A DNA stretch of 25,988 nucleotides from Octopus sinensis (taxonomy: Eukaryota), in NCBI RefSeq assembly GCF_006345805.1, contig NW_021836029.1, forward strand, positions 1 to 25,988, written 5' to 3'. Shown here piece after piece: positions 1 to 11,650 of the stretch (within the stretch, counting starts at the first letter, position 1; each line of letters begins with the position of its first letter). The notes beneath the pieces are model-generated. The model saw nothing but the letters and a program-made list of their open reading frames with translations. It was not told where the DNA came from and made no database searches. A program made the position numbers and the translations under genes.

Positions 1-3
1 TAC

Positions 4-434
4 TCAGAATGAAGTGAGTCCTTGGAAAAGTTTTCTCGAACATTCTAAAATCTCCTGCTCTAAACATTCTAAAATCTCCAGTTTTGGCAGTAATTCACAG
101 CACAATTTTGAGGCAGTTGAGCAATAGGTGTATATTTCGCCACACCAGACGGTGGGCATTTTTACAATCAGACGATCCAGGAAGGCGGCTAAGATAGCTG
201 ACATAGATAGAGGAACAGAACCTTCGTCGCCGCGAATATAGCACAATTGTTTTCAGTTATGCTAGGCAAGCCGCATATTGTCGTATCAATAACTTGCCGT
301 AAACTCCATGCCGCTGGAATCTCTAAAAGGCCAACGCAGTTGTCTTTATGTACGATTATAAAATCTTCAGTTAAATTATCTTGGTTTTTTTCAGTCACTT
401 CTTCACTCAGCGTAAGAGATATATCTTCATTCAT
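4..434 (-). pseudogene. Possible frameshifted coding relic (two overlapping ORFs of 81 and 80 aa), product unknown
   Basis: ORF 434-189 and ORF 246-4 overlap in different frames in non-repetitive, GC-elevated sequence. A frame change near ACTGAAAACAATTG (about 245-258) would join them into about 140 aa of natural-looking protein. No family recognised and no convincing splice sites. Confidence 0.3.
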
Positions 435-1189
435 CAGCCCAGATCAGACCAATAAACTCTAATCAGTGACACAGTAAAAATATTGGGACATATCATTATT
501 AATATGATCAAACCCGAGCATTTAACTATTATGTATTTTATGAATCGAAGTGAATGAATGAATCGAAGTAAATATTGGCGCTAATCCGACCCCATCTACC
601 GCCCCTTAAACCGTTCCCATCCCGAAATGAGACAAATAACCAAGAAATCAAACAACTTTTTCGCATTTCAGCTTTATAGATATTGAGAAAATGGGTAGGA
701 AGCAAAATGCCAAACTGTTCGATTCAGATAATTTAGACATATTATAACAGACGTAAGACAAACATTAAAAAACACAAAATAAATTGAAGCATGTCTTTCA
801 GAAATGGAATACAAGAGCCCGAAAGAAATTTAAGATATTAAGTTACTGTAACGAGTGAAATAACATAACATTTGTTTGTCTTGTTTAAATATATTTTCGA
901 TAAAATTAAGGCAAAACGTATTTTAAGCTCCGAAGAGAAATGCTGAACAAGTGCTAAATGCTTAAATGTATTCTAAATTAAATCAGGAATCATATGCAAA
1001 TACACAGTTTGTGGTGTAATTCTTCTCCATTTTCGTAATCTAACGTTTTGTAACCATTAGGACGTTTCTAATGAAACGCCTGCATGCGTTTTAAATATTG
1101 CTTGATTACTAAAGTGTCTGTCTGTCCGTCTGTCTGTCTCTGCCTTTGCTACATTGTCTCTCTCAGTCTTTCATTTTACACAAACGTAC

Positions 1190-1223
1190 ACATATATACA
1201 CACACACACACAATCACACACAC

Positions 1224-1304
<81 letters not shown>
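1190..1304. repeat. (CA)n + (TA)n microsatellite
   Basis: Directly visible dinucleotide arrays. Confidence 0.95.
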
Positions 1305-1307
<3 letters not shown>

Positions 1308-1405
1308 TAGTACCTCGGTTTTCTAACAACTCTGATCACGAATAAATCAGACTATATCTCCTGTCTTTCTCATATTCATTTAGTATAAGTACCTCGGTTT
1401 ACGAA
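1305..1405 (+). mobile_element. Possible Tc1/mariner (pogo/Tigger-like) terminal-repeat relic
   Basis: TA|CAGTAGTACCTCGGTTTT at 1305 resembles pogo/Tigger-type termini that follow a TA target. AGTACCTCGGTTT recurs in direct orientation at 1388-1400. No partner TIR found. Confidence 0.35.
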
Positions 1406-1409
1406 AGCC

Positions 1410-1451
<42 letters not shown>

Positions 1452-1500
1452 GCCTTTGCTCAGCTTCTAACGCTGAATATGTACTTCGGTGTCAGAGAAC

Positions 1501-1711
1501 TCTCTTACTCTTTTACTCTTTTACTTGTTTCAGTCATTTGACTGTGGCTATGCTGGAGCACCACCTTTAGTCGAGCAAATCGACCCCAGAACTTATTCTT
1601 TGTAAGCCTAGTACTTATTCTATCGGTCTCTTTTGCCGAACCGCTAAGTTACGGGGATGTAAACACACCAGCATCGGTTATCAAGCGATGTTGGAGAGAC
1701 AAACACAGACA

Positions 1712-1765
<54 letters not shown>

Positions 1766-1957
1766 ATATATATATATAATACATATATACATATATACGA
1801 CAGGCTTCTTTCAGTTTCCGTCTAACAAATCCACTCACAAGGCTTTGGTCGGCCCGAGGCTATAGTAGAAGTCACTTGCCCAAGGTGCCACGCAGTGGGA
1901 CTGAACCCGGAACCATGTGGCTGGTAAGCAGGCTACTTACCACACAGCCACTCCTGC
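1501..1957 (-). mobile_element. Full-length tRNA-derived SINE (family A) with internal CA/TA microsatellite
   Basis: Minus strand: A-box-like GTGGCTGTGTGG and B-box GGTTCAGTCCC, then a CORE-like segment (CACCTTGGGCAAGTGACTTC), an internal microsatellite at about 1700-1797, and a 3' end AATGACTGAAACAAG followed by a tandem (TAAAAGAG)n tail at 1501-1524. Confidence 0.85.
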
Positions 1958-2009
1958 AAGGGCGACATTTATAATCATTATTATTATCATCATCGTAATC
2001 ATTATTGTT

Positions 2010-2215
2010 ATTATTTGAGACCTCCTGCAGTATCTAATACTCTGATGTAGATTGAAGATTTTGCGTGTAGCAAGAGTTTGCACTGTCAAGTCAGCACAAG
2101 GAACTCAGATATTAGTTTATGCAGCATGCACGCGGTTCCGATTTAATCCGATTTTGCAATGCACCAAGACCGCAGCGTATTCCAGAAGTGTCCAGATGTT
2201 TCTTCAGGCTTTATC
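2010..2215 (-). mobile_element. 3' terminal fragment of an RLE-type non-LTR retrotransposon (family Y), copy 1
   Basis: Minus-strand translation with one frameshift: SLKKHLDTSGIRCGLGALQK..IGTACMLHKLISEFLVLT* (stop at 2086-2088). This matches the LQK-x-ALLGTA-x-ILRKVL-type C-terminus of R4/Dong-like ORFs. It is followed by a short 3'UTR and a TAA/TGA-rich tail. Confidence 0.6.
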
Positions 2216-2244
2216 ATTAATATCATTACTGTTCTTCTTATTAT

Positions 2245-2962
2245 AATTGTTTTTTTCCTTCTTTCTTCAAATTTTCTTCCATTAGTCGCCGAGCGTTTTT
2301 CGTACACCTAGGGCAGAGAAGCTCATTGTACGCATTCCCAGATTACACACGCAAATTCACAGGTAAAGTATGTATTTAAAAGAATAAATAAATATATAAA
2401 TTCATGAATGGATGTTGTTTTCACAGCGATAATGCTCTTCTCAGCCCATGAGCCGTTCCAGTTAACACGATGTTTTGTACTTCCTGTAGGGATGGTGTAA
2501 CCTGGTATCATTTTTTAATCATTCCTAGAGATCCTACAATCACTGGTTGTGTAGTTGCCTTGAGATGCCACATTCTTTCAATTTCTATTAGCAGGTCTTT
2601 GTATTTATTATCGTGTCAAATTCTTTCGCCGCTATATTGTGATCGGAAGGGATACTCATGTCAATTAATAAACACATCTTTTTTGTCTGACCTTTTATAA
2701 TAATATCCAGTTTATTAGTTTTATAATCTTGTCGGTCTGTATGGGAAAGTCCCATAGAATAGACACATTTTCTCCCTCAGTCACATTTTCAGGCTGGTGT
2801 TTATACTATTTGTCAGCGGTTTTGATTTTATAATGCCGACATATTGTCCAGTGTAAATAATGGCCGACTCTGTCATGTCTTGCTTTATATTCTGCTGGTG
2901 CTAAGACTCTACACCCTGATATTGGGTGCTCTATAGTTTCAATCTCATCATGTCTTGCTTTA
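2245..2962 (-). mobile_element. 5'-truncated, mutated R4/Dong-like (RLE) LINE: zinc-knuckle remnant, PD-(D/E)xK endonuclease and 3'UTR (family X)
   Basis: Translation across one stop and two frameshifts: ETIEHPISGCRVLAPAEYKARHDRVGHYLHWTICRHY...SILWDFPIQTD...NKLDIIIK...CLLIDMSIPSDHNIAAKEF..KYKDLLIEIERMWHLK..PVIVGSLGMIKK..LQEVQNIVLTGTAHGLRRALSL* (stop at 2421-2423). These are the characteristic RLE-LINE C-terminal motifs. Confidence 0.9.
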
Positions 2963-3004
2963 TTATTATTATTATTATCATCATTATTGTTGTTATTATT
3001 ATTA

Positions 3005-3044
<40 letters not shown>

Positions 3045-3141
3045 TATTATTATTAAAATTACTATTATTATTCTTATTATTATTACTATTATTATTATTA
3101 TAATTACTATTATTATTATTAAAATTATTATTACTATTATA

Positions 3142-3204
<63 letters not shown>

Positions 3205-3219
3205 ATTATTATTATTATT
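2963..3219. repeat. (TTA/TAA)n microsatellite of about 260 bp
   Basis: Directly visible; source of the poly-N and poly-I ORFs. Confidence 0.95.
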
Positions 3220-3530
3220 GTGGAGGCGCAATGGCCCAGTGGTTAGGGCAGCAGACTCGATTCGCAGTTTCGATTCCCAGACCGGGCGTTGTGTGTATGT
3301 TTATTGAGCGAAAGCACTTAAAAAGATCCACGAATCTCCGGCAGGGGGTGGAGGTGACACTTGTTGTACTCTGTCGCCACAACTTTCTCTCACTGTTCTC
3401 TTCCCGTTTCTTGAGATGGACTGGCGTCCCGTCCAGCTGGGGGGGGGGAACACATACGCCTCGGAAACCGTGAGCCCGTGAGCCTCGGGCCCGTGAGCCT
3501 GGCTAGGCTTAAAAAAGGGCGACGTTTATA
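3220..3530 (+). mobile_element. tRNA-derived SINE (family B, OR-like)
   Basis: A box TGGCCCAGTGG at 3232 and B box GTTTCGATTCC at about 3268. The body is clearly homologous to the copy at 16534-16816 (GAGCGAAA-CAC-TAA, CTCCGGC, TCGCCACAA-TTTCTCTCACT, GGCGTCC-GTCCAG). Confidence 0.8.
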
Positions 3531-3566
3531 ATCATTATTATTATTATCAACGTAATCATTATTGTT

Positions 3567-3772
3567 ATTATTTGAGACCTCCTGCAGTATCTAATACTCT
3601 GATGTAGATTGAAGATTTTGCGTGTAGCAAGAGTTTGCACTGTCAAGTCAGCACAAGGAACTCAGATATTAGTTTATGCAGCATGCACGCGGTTCCGATT
3701 TAATCCGATTTTGCAATGCACCAAGACTGCAGCGTATTCCTAAAGTGTCCAGATGTTTCTTCAGGCTTTATC
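3567..3772 (-). mobile_element. RLE-LINE 3' fragment (family Y), copy 2
   Basis: Near-identical to 2010-2215; part of the 1958-2244 / 3515-3803 direct duplication. Confidence 0.6.
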
Positions 3773-3824
3773 ATTAATAATATCATTAATGTTCTTCTTA
3801 TTAATGTTATTGTAGTTGTTGTTG

Positions 3825-3928
3825 TTGTTGTTGTTTTTGTTATTATTAATTTATCAAAGATGATAGCGAGATAATGATGAAGATTATAATGGCGATGATG
3901 ATGTTGCTGCGGCTGCTATCGTTGATAT

Positions 3929-3979
<51 letters not shown>

Positions 3980-4176
3980 CGACAACATGATGATGACGAC
4001 AACAATGATGATGACGATGCTGATGACGACGCTGATAAGGATGATGACGAAGATGATGATTATTATGATGATGACGCTAATGATGATGACGCTAATGATG
4101 ATGATGATGATGATGATGATAATGATGATGATGACGCTGATGATGATGATGATGATGATGATGACGACGATGATAT

Positions 4177-4207
<31 letters not shown>

Positions 4208-4246
4208 AATTGTGATGATGATAATGTTGATGATGACGACGATGAT

Positions 4247-4343
<97 letters not shown>

Positions 4344-4640
4344 CGACGACGATGATATTGATGATGATGATATGATGATGATGATGTTGTTGATGATGAT
4401 GATGATTATCAATACACTTCTGATAGTTGTAGTTGCGGAGGCGGTGAATAGACGTTGCCGTGCTTTTAAGAATAATAATGGCGGTTCTAATGATAATTAC
4501 AAATCAAATATCAGCGTTGTTGTTGTTCTTGTTGTTGTCGCTAATATTTTAATGAGATGAGAATAATTATGACAACTACAGCAACAACAACAACAACACA
4601 AACATCACCATCATCATCATCATCATCATCATCAACATCG
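3825..4640. repeat. Compound trinucleotide microsatellite, mainly (GAT)n with (GTT)n, (CAA)n and (CAT)n
   Basis: Directly visible; source of the poly-M/S/H ORFs. Confidence 0.95.
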
Positions 4641-4749
4641 ATATCAACACCAGTAACCACAACGACATTATCAATGCCGGTAAATAGTCCTGATATCTTT
4701 CAATCCATTATTATTGATTTCGATTTAGAATAGAGCAACCATAAATACT

Positions 4750-5257
4750 CCCGTACACACATACACAAACCAGTAACACGTACACATGCTTCAACACACA
4801 CACACACACACAACACACACACACACACACATATACACAAATACATACAACACACAATGACGCGTATATATGTCTATGTATATGTGTGTGTATGTGTGTA
4901 TGTGGCCGCGTGCTTCTGTATATGCGCGTGCATGTTCATATATTTGCTAATCACGCGATTCTTTCTCCGTCTGTTCATGTGTACTGCTCCCGATCTCGTT
5001 GTATACACACACACACATACACACACACTCACACACACACATACACGCACATACACACATACACACACAAATTTCTCTCTCTCTCTCTCTATATTATATA
5101 TATATACATATATATATATATAACTTGCTCAGAGATTTATTATTGTTATATATATATATCTGTGTGTGTGTCTGTATGCATGTATTATAATATATATATA
5201 TTATATCTATATTATATATTATATTATATAGATATATATATATCATACACACATATA

Positions 5258-5298
<41 letters not shown>

Positions 5299-5778
5299 CA
5301 ATATATATATATATATATACAAATATATACATATATATAATATGTGTTGTATATATGTAGGTACATACACGTATATATTTGTATGTATAATTGTATATAT
5401 GTGTACAACAAACAGCCAGATACATCCGCTCATTCACACACACACCCACTAATGTATACGTGTGTTTAGAGTTCTCAAACAATACACACACACACACATA
5501 TTCTAATTTATTTATTTAATGAGCTATTGACTTCTCAAGCGATAAGCATTACTATTAAATAATTTCCTTCTATATATAATAGCCGGGTGAAAGGCTGCGA
5601 TAGGGGATTAAGAGGTGGGTAATAGCGAAAGATACAAAAAGGTTTTTAAAAATAACAAAAATAACAAAACCACAGGATTACAAGAAAAAAAGGTGTAAAA
5701 CAAACAAATTAGAATAGTAAATAAACAAGGAAAATAATATATACATACATACATACATATACACACACATAGATACAT

Positions 5779-5815
<37 letters not shown>

Positions 5816-5913
5816 GAAACAAAAATTAATTTACGTGCTATTGATCATATTGTTCGAACGCACATGTGTAGGTGCGTGTGTGTTTGTGTGTATATATGTT
5901 TATATGTGTATGC

Positions 5914-5976
<63 letters not shown>

Positions 5977-6000
5977 ATACGTATATATATATGTATATAT

Positions 6001-6051
<51 letters not shown>

Positions 6052-6265
6052 CCTATCTATATAGGTGTGTGCGTATGTATATACGGATATACGGATATAC
6101 ACAGGCATTTAATAATTTATAAATGCATAGTACATGCACAATTTATACATACGTACATACATATATATATATATGTATATCTATGTGTGCGTTTGTGTGT
6201 GTTATATTTACATTTGTGCCTACGCATATGTATATACGTATAACATCTATCTATCTGTCTATCGA

Positions 6266-6316
<51 letters not shown>

Positions 6317-6443
6317 AATATATATATATCTATATCTATCTATATATATATATTTGCATAAACACCCGCATATTTATACATACACATATATGCGTATGCA
6401 TATATGTATATATATAGAGAGATATACATACATGCATACATAT

Positions 6444-6484
<41 letters not shown>

Positions 6485-6512
6485 TCACACATATGTATTT
6501 ATAATCACACAC

Positions 6513-6563
<51 letters not shown>

Positions 6564-6629
6564 GTAGATATCCATGCATACACATGAATAAACACTCACT
6601 CTGTCTCTCTCACACATTTATACAATACC

Positions 6630-6660
<31 letters not shown>

Positions 6661-6690
6661 CATACATACATAGATACATACATACACATA
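4750..6690. repeat. Extended CA/TG/TA/(TACA)n low-complexity region
   Basis: Directly visible dinucleotide and tetranucleotide arrays with short unique spacers. Confidence 0.9.
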
Positions 6691-7022
6691 CATACATGTA
6701 CAGTATTCTCTCATGAATTTAATTAGAAATCGCAAGAACAAACATGAGAAAATATATATATAAAAATACAAAAATATGGATAGAAATTCAAATAATTACC
6801 GCAACGAAAATAGATGATATTTTAGGACAGAATGTAAATTACAATAATCTAATAAATTATGTTATTGATTAATAATTTATTCAATGTTTATTTTCATTCT
6901 TAATATTGTTTAACCCTTGTTAAAGACGTGAGATAAAACACTTTTATTTCTCCTAAATTATTGACTGAAATTAATTTTTGTCGATTTTACCTGCGAATTC
7001 TTTGTTTTCTGTGATTTGGCAG

Positions 7023-7094
7023 TAACGTCATTGCTTCATGTCCGGCAATAGTAAGCATTAGCGAGTGCTCATATGCGGAGCTCTGGTCGCTACA
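7023..7094 (+). CDS. Candidate 72-nt internal coding exon (NVIASCPAIVSISECSYAELWSL), gene unknown
   Basis: Acceptor TTCTTTGTTTTCTGTGATTTGGCAG ending at 7022 and donor ACA|GTAAGT at 7095. The length is divisible by 3 (phase 2-2) and one frame is open. No homolog recognised. Confidence 0.35.
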
Positions 7095-7479
7095 GTAAGT
7101 AATCGTTTGTGTTTCTTCTTATCTATACGGGTTTTCGTCCTGTTTGTGATCAGTTGATTTAAAGCGATTGCGGGGCTCTGAATCACTCTTTAGACTTGAG
7201 AAATTGAGACAACGATCTAAGATGGTCACAGTGAAAGGCAAGTGTGGGTATTCCATTGTAGTGGCTTTCTTCTCGTTTTGCTGTAGATTACTGTGGTTGC
7301 AGCAATGGTGTCAAAGGTGGCACCGAACCGCCTGAAAAACCAAGTTTGTTAATTTGGTACGCTTGAAAATACGGTTCATATATATTATGTATATATAAAT
7401 AAATGTGCGTAGTGTGTGTATGTTTGTGAGTGTGTGTGCTTGTGTATGTTCGATCGCATACAAAATATGTATGTACATG

Positions 7480-7823
7480 TGGTGAGACGCTCTTCGGTCA
7501 TAAGTGACTATGGGATTGCACCTAGAAAGTTACCCTTTCAGGCTGAAGTCCAGGCAAGGTTGTTTATGGAAGACCAGAAGTCGTCCATGCACCTGGCCTC
7601 CCCTTCCCTCCCCACGCCACCAGTGTTATCCAAGGGAAATGCAAGGGCTGATACAGCTTGGCAGCAGGGATGTCGCAACTCATTTCTACAGCTGAGTGAA
7701 CTGGAGCAACGTGAAATAAAGTGTCTTGCCCAAGAACAAAACACGCAGCCCGGTCCGGGATTCGAACTCACAACCTCACGATCGTAAGCTCGACGCTCCA
7801 ACCACTGAGCCATGCGCCTTCAC
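7480..7823 (-). mobile_element. Full-length tRNA-derived SINE (family C)
   Basis: Minus strand: GTGAAGGCGCATGGCTCAGTGGTT (A box) ... GAGTTCGAATCCC (B box), then CORE-like TTCTTGGGCAAGACACTTTATTTCACGTTGCTCCAGTTCACTCAGCTG, which is shared with 19337-19657. Confidence 0.85.
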
Positions 7824-7824
7824 A

Positions 7825-7921
7825 TGTACATGTATAACTATATATAAATATAGACATCTATATATATATATATATATATAATATATAATGTATATATATA
7901 TGTATATATGTATATATATAT

Positions 7922-7988
<67 letters not shown>

Positions 7989-8037
7989 ATATATGTGTGT
8001 GTGTGTGGGGTGTTGTGTGTGTGTGTGTGTGTGTGTG
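7825..8037. repeat. (TA)n/(TG)n microsatellite
   Basis: Directly visible. Confidence 0.95.
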
Positions 8038-8379
8038 ACAACACAGATGCGATGCCGAAAAGATCTACAAGTCATATTCCCTCGGAATCACGCAACAAGC
8101 AGGACAATTACTGTATGTGTATCACAATCTCGTAATAAACAATAGTCTTAATACTGGCCATACGTGATAGGAAGCTGTTACAAACTTGGCAGAGACGTTA
8201 TTGATAAGCCGATTAATTCTTCTTATCTGAAATTGAAAGATCTTTTCAAAGTTTTAACCGAGTCTAAATTAATTGCTCATTGCAACGAGCAGCCTGTTAT
8301 CTAGAACGATCCTTTAAACGCGATGCGACGTATTTCTGTGTACCATCTCCTGTGTGTTGTTTCTTTCGTAATTTACTTA

Positions 8380-8413
8380 TGTGTGTATGTATGTATGTAT
8401 GTATGTATGTATG

Positions 8414-8445
<32 letters not shown>

Positions 8446-8476
8446 GATCTATTTATCTATCGATCTATCTATCCAT

Positions 8477-8563
<87 letters not shown>

Positions 8564-8598
8564 ACTATCTATCTATCTATCTATCTATATATCTATCT

Positions 8599-8659
<61 letters not shown>

Positions 8660-8660
8660 T
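8380..8660. repeat. (TATG)n switching to (TATC)n tetranucleotide microsatellite
   Basis: Directly visible. Confidence 0.95.
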
Positions 8661-8759
8661 TCTCTATCTCCCTGTTTCTCTTCCTTTCTTTGTTTCTATT
8701 TTCTGTGTGTGTGTGTCTGTGTGTGTCCATCTATTTAATATTCTGCACTCAGTGGTTCA

Positions 8760-8932
8760 TATACATACGCACACACATAAACACAATCGCTAGTGTATGT
8801 CTAGGTATGAATATAATATGAAAACACACATGTAACAGTACATATACGGGTATGTAAATACACACACACTCACATAAATATATACACATATATGAATTAA
8901 AATACATATATAAATATACATATATATCATAT

Positions 8933-9027
<95 letters not shown>

Positions 9028-9101
9028 GTATTTATTAAGAAAAAAATATATAATATATGTATGCATGCGTACATATTAAAGTTTATATATGCATATATAC
9101 C

Positions 9102-9135
<34 letters not shown>

Positions 9136-9266
9136 GAATTCACACACACGCACACTAACACACTGAAAATCACGTAGAAAAGCAAGTAAACCAAAAAACG
9201 TTTCGAGCAAGACGAAAACTAGAAAGAGGCTAGAAAGGCAGAGAGAAAGAAAGAAAGCTGGAAGAG

Positions 9267-9346
<80 letters not shown>

Positions 9347-9904
9347 GATAGATATAGATAGAGAGATAGATAAAAAGGCAGAAATAACGAAGAGGAAAAA
9401 AGTAAGATAATAATTGATGCGAATTATATTTGTTGGAAACCCGAAAACGTGATCAACGGAGAAGTGTCAAACTTTGTAACGTCTTCGTTTTATAGAAACG
9501 AAAATCTTATTTAAAGCGGGAACTAGTTAACATTTATTTCGATGATTATTTTAAATTTTCGGGTTCGCTGTGAAAACGTAATTGTGTTTGCATGCAGATC
9601 CATCTCTGGAGATAATTATGTTTAATTAGTCACGTGCTCCGATGCTAATACGATGTGCTTCATAAAGATTTGGGTTCATGATTTTTTATGTATGTGAACG
9701 CGCGCGTGTGTGTGTGTGTATGTGTATGTGAGTGAGTAGGTGTATGTAAGCGTGTGTGTGTGTATGTGAGTGTGTGCGAGCGCGGGTGCGTTTGCATGTT
9801 CATGAGAATGTAGATATATATTGTATGTAAGAGAAAAAATGCATATATAAATGCTATATTGGGGCAGATATATATATATACATATATATGCATACACATA
9901 TATT

Positions 9905-9950
<46 letters not shown>

Positions 9951-10127
9951 TCTTCAGGTGTGTGTGAGTTTGTGTGCGTATGTAACTCATACATGTATAT
10001 TCGTGTATGCATAACGATATCTGTATCATATATATACGTGTGTGTTGTGCATACCTACATACATACACTCGCACGCGCAAAAACACACACACAAACAAAC
10101 ACACACACACATATATATTGATTGTGC

Positions 10128-10163
<36 letters not shown>

Positions 10164-10531
10164 GTGTGTACACAGAAGAATATATGTGGTACCATTTTAA
10201 TTCATAGTAATATATATTTAAGTCGCTGCTGCTTTAAAATGTACATACGTTGGAAATATATTTCCCTATGGCTTGGAATTTATATACAAGTTTTTTTTTC
10301 TCATGTAGAATACACCTGCATACTTATATTTGATTACGTCACTACACAGATGCGCATATATATGTATATGTTATCTATAATGAGAAAACAAAGCCAAGGG
10401 TGTGTGGAATTTTCAAAATGTGTATAAAGAGAAAGTTAGTCATACAGCTGTTTCTTGGATACTATGGATATCACTTCGAGCTGATGTGATATATATATAT
10501 ATATATGTGTGTGTGTATGTGTGTGTGTATT

Positions 10532-10593
<62 letters not shown>

Positions 10594-10790
10594 GTTTGTG
10601 TGTATGTGTATATATATATGTATATGTGTGTGTATATATATATATGTTTGTGTGTATGTGTGTATATATGTATATATATATAAATAATTTCTATGTATTG
10701 GCTTATGATTTTCACTGTTTGATTTGCCTAATAGTGGTTTTATCTCTAATTTAATATAATATAATATATATATATATATATAATATTTTC
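8760..10790. repeat. Cluster of TA/TG/CA microsatellites including (GATA)n at 9268-9372
   Basis: Directly visible arrays separated by short unique segments. Confidence 0.85.
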
Positions 10791-11231
10791 TTATTTTGTA
10801 TTATTAAATTGTGGTAAAACATTTTACCTTCGCCCATATAATACAATAAATGAATTACTTGCATCGCAATTCTTAACATTTATGTATTAACTTTGTTTGG
10901 GTGCTTTACTGGCAGTATATTGGATATATGTTATCCCATGGTGGGTTGCACTCACAACCCCTATCTCAATTTGTAAATATATATATATATAATGGAGGCT
11001 CAAATTTATATGACCTTATTGAGTTGTATGGCACAATATTATTATATCTAAAAAGGATATTATATAAGGACCCTAAAATATTTGCTTTTTTTAGCCTTGA
11101 AATAAATTTTTGCTAGCCTGAATTATTCGGCATGCATACTCTATTATCTGCACCTAGTTCGTGTTTTCAAGATAAAACTCCTGAAGCATATCCCATATCA
11201 TGAATAAATAGTAAAGAGGATGCACGCCTTA

Positions 11232-11396
11232 ATAATAACAATGATGATGATGATGATGATGATAATAACAATAATAACAATAATAATGATAATAATAATA
11301 ATAATAATGATGATGATGATGATGATGATGATAATGATAATAATGACGATGATGATGATAATAATAATAATAATAATAGTAGTAGTAGTAGTAGTA

Positions 11397-11429
<33 letters not shown>

Positions 11430-11432
11430 TAA

Positions 11433-11469
<37 letters not shown>

Positions 11470-11650
11470 GTACTGATCATGATGATAATAATTATAATGG
11501 TTTTGGTGACGGTGACGGTGATGATGATGATGATGACGCTACAACAATATCAAAAGCAACACCTAAAACTACTACCACTTCTTCTACTCCTAATACTACA
11601 ACTGATAATAAGAATAATATTAATGATAACAACAACAACAATAACAAAAA
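11232..11650. repeat. Compound (AAT)/(GAT)/(AGT) trinucleotide microsatellite
   Basis: Directly visible. Confidence 0.95.

Noticed and set aside
570-625. GC-box-like GGGGCGG (minus strand) upstream of the split ORF
   Set aside because: A single motif with no TSS evidence cannot support a promoter call.
9195-9215. GCTCGAAACGTT (minus strand), similar to the 3' half of the minimal hammerhead
   Set aside because: No CUGANGA-like segment or stem II partner.
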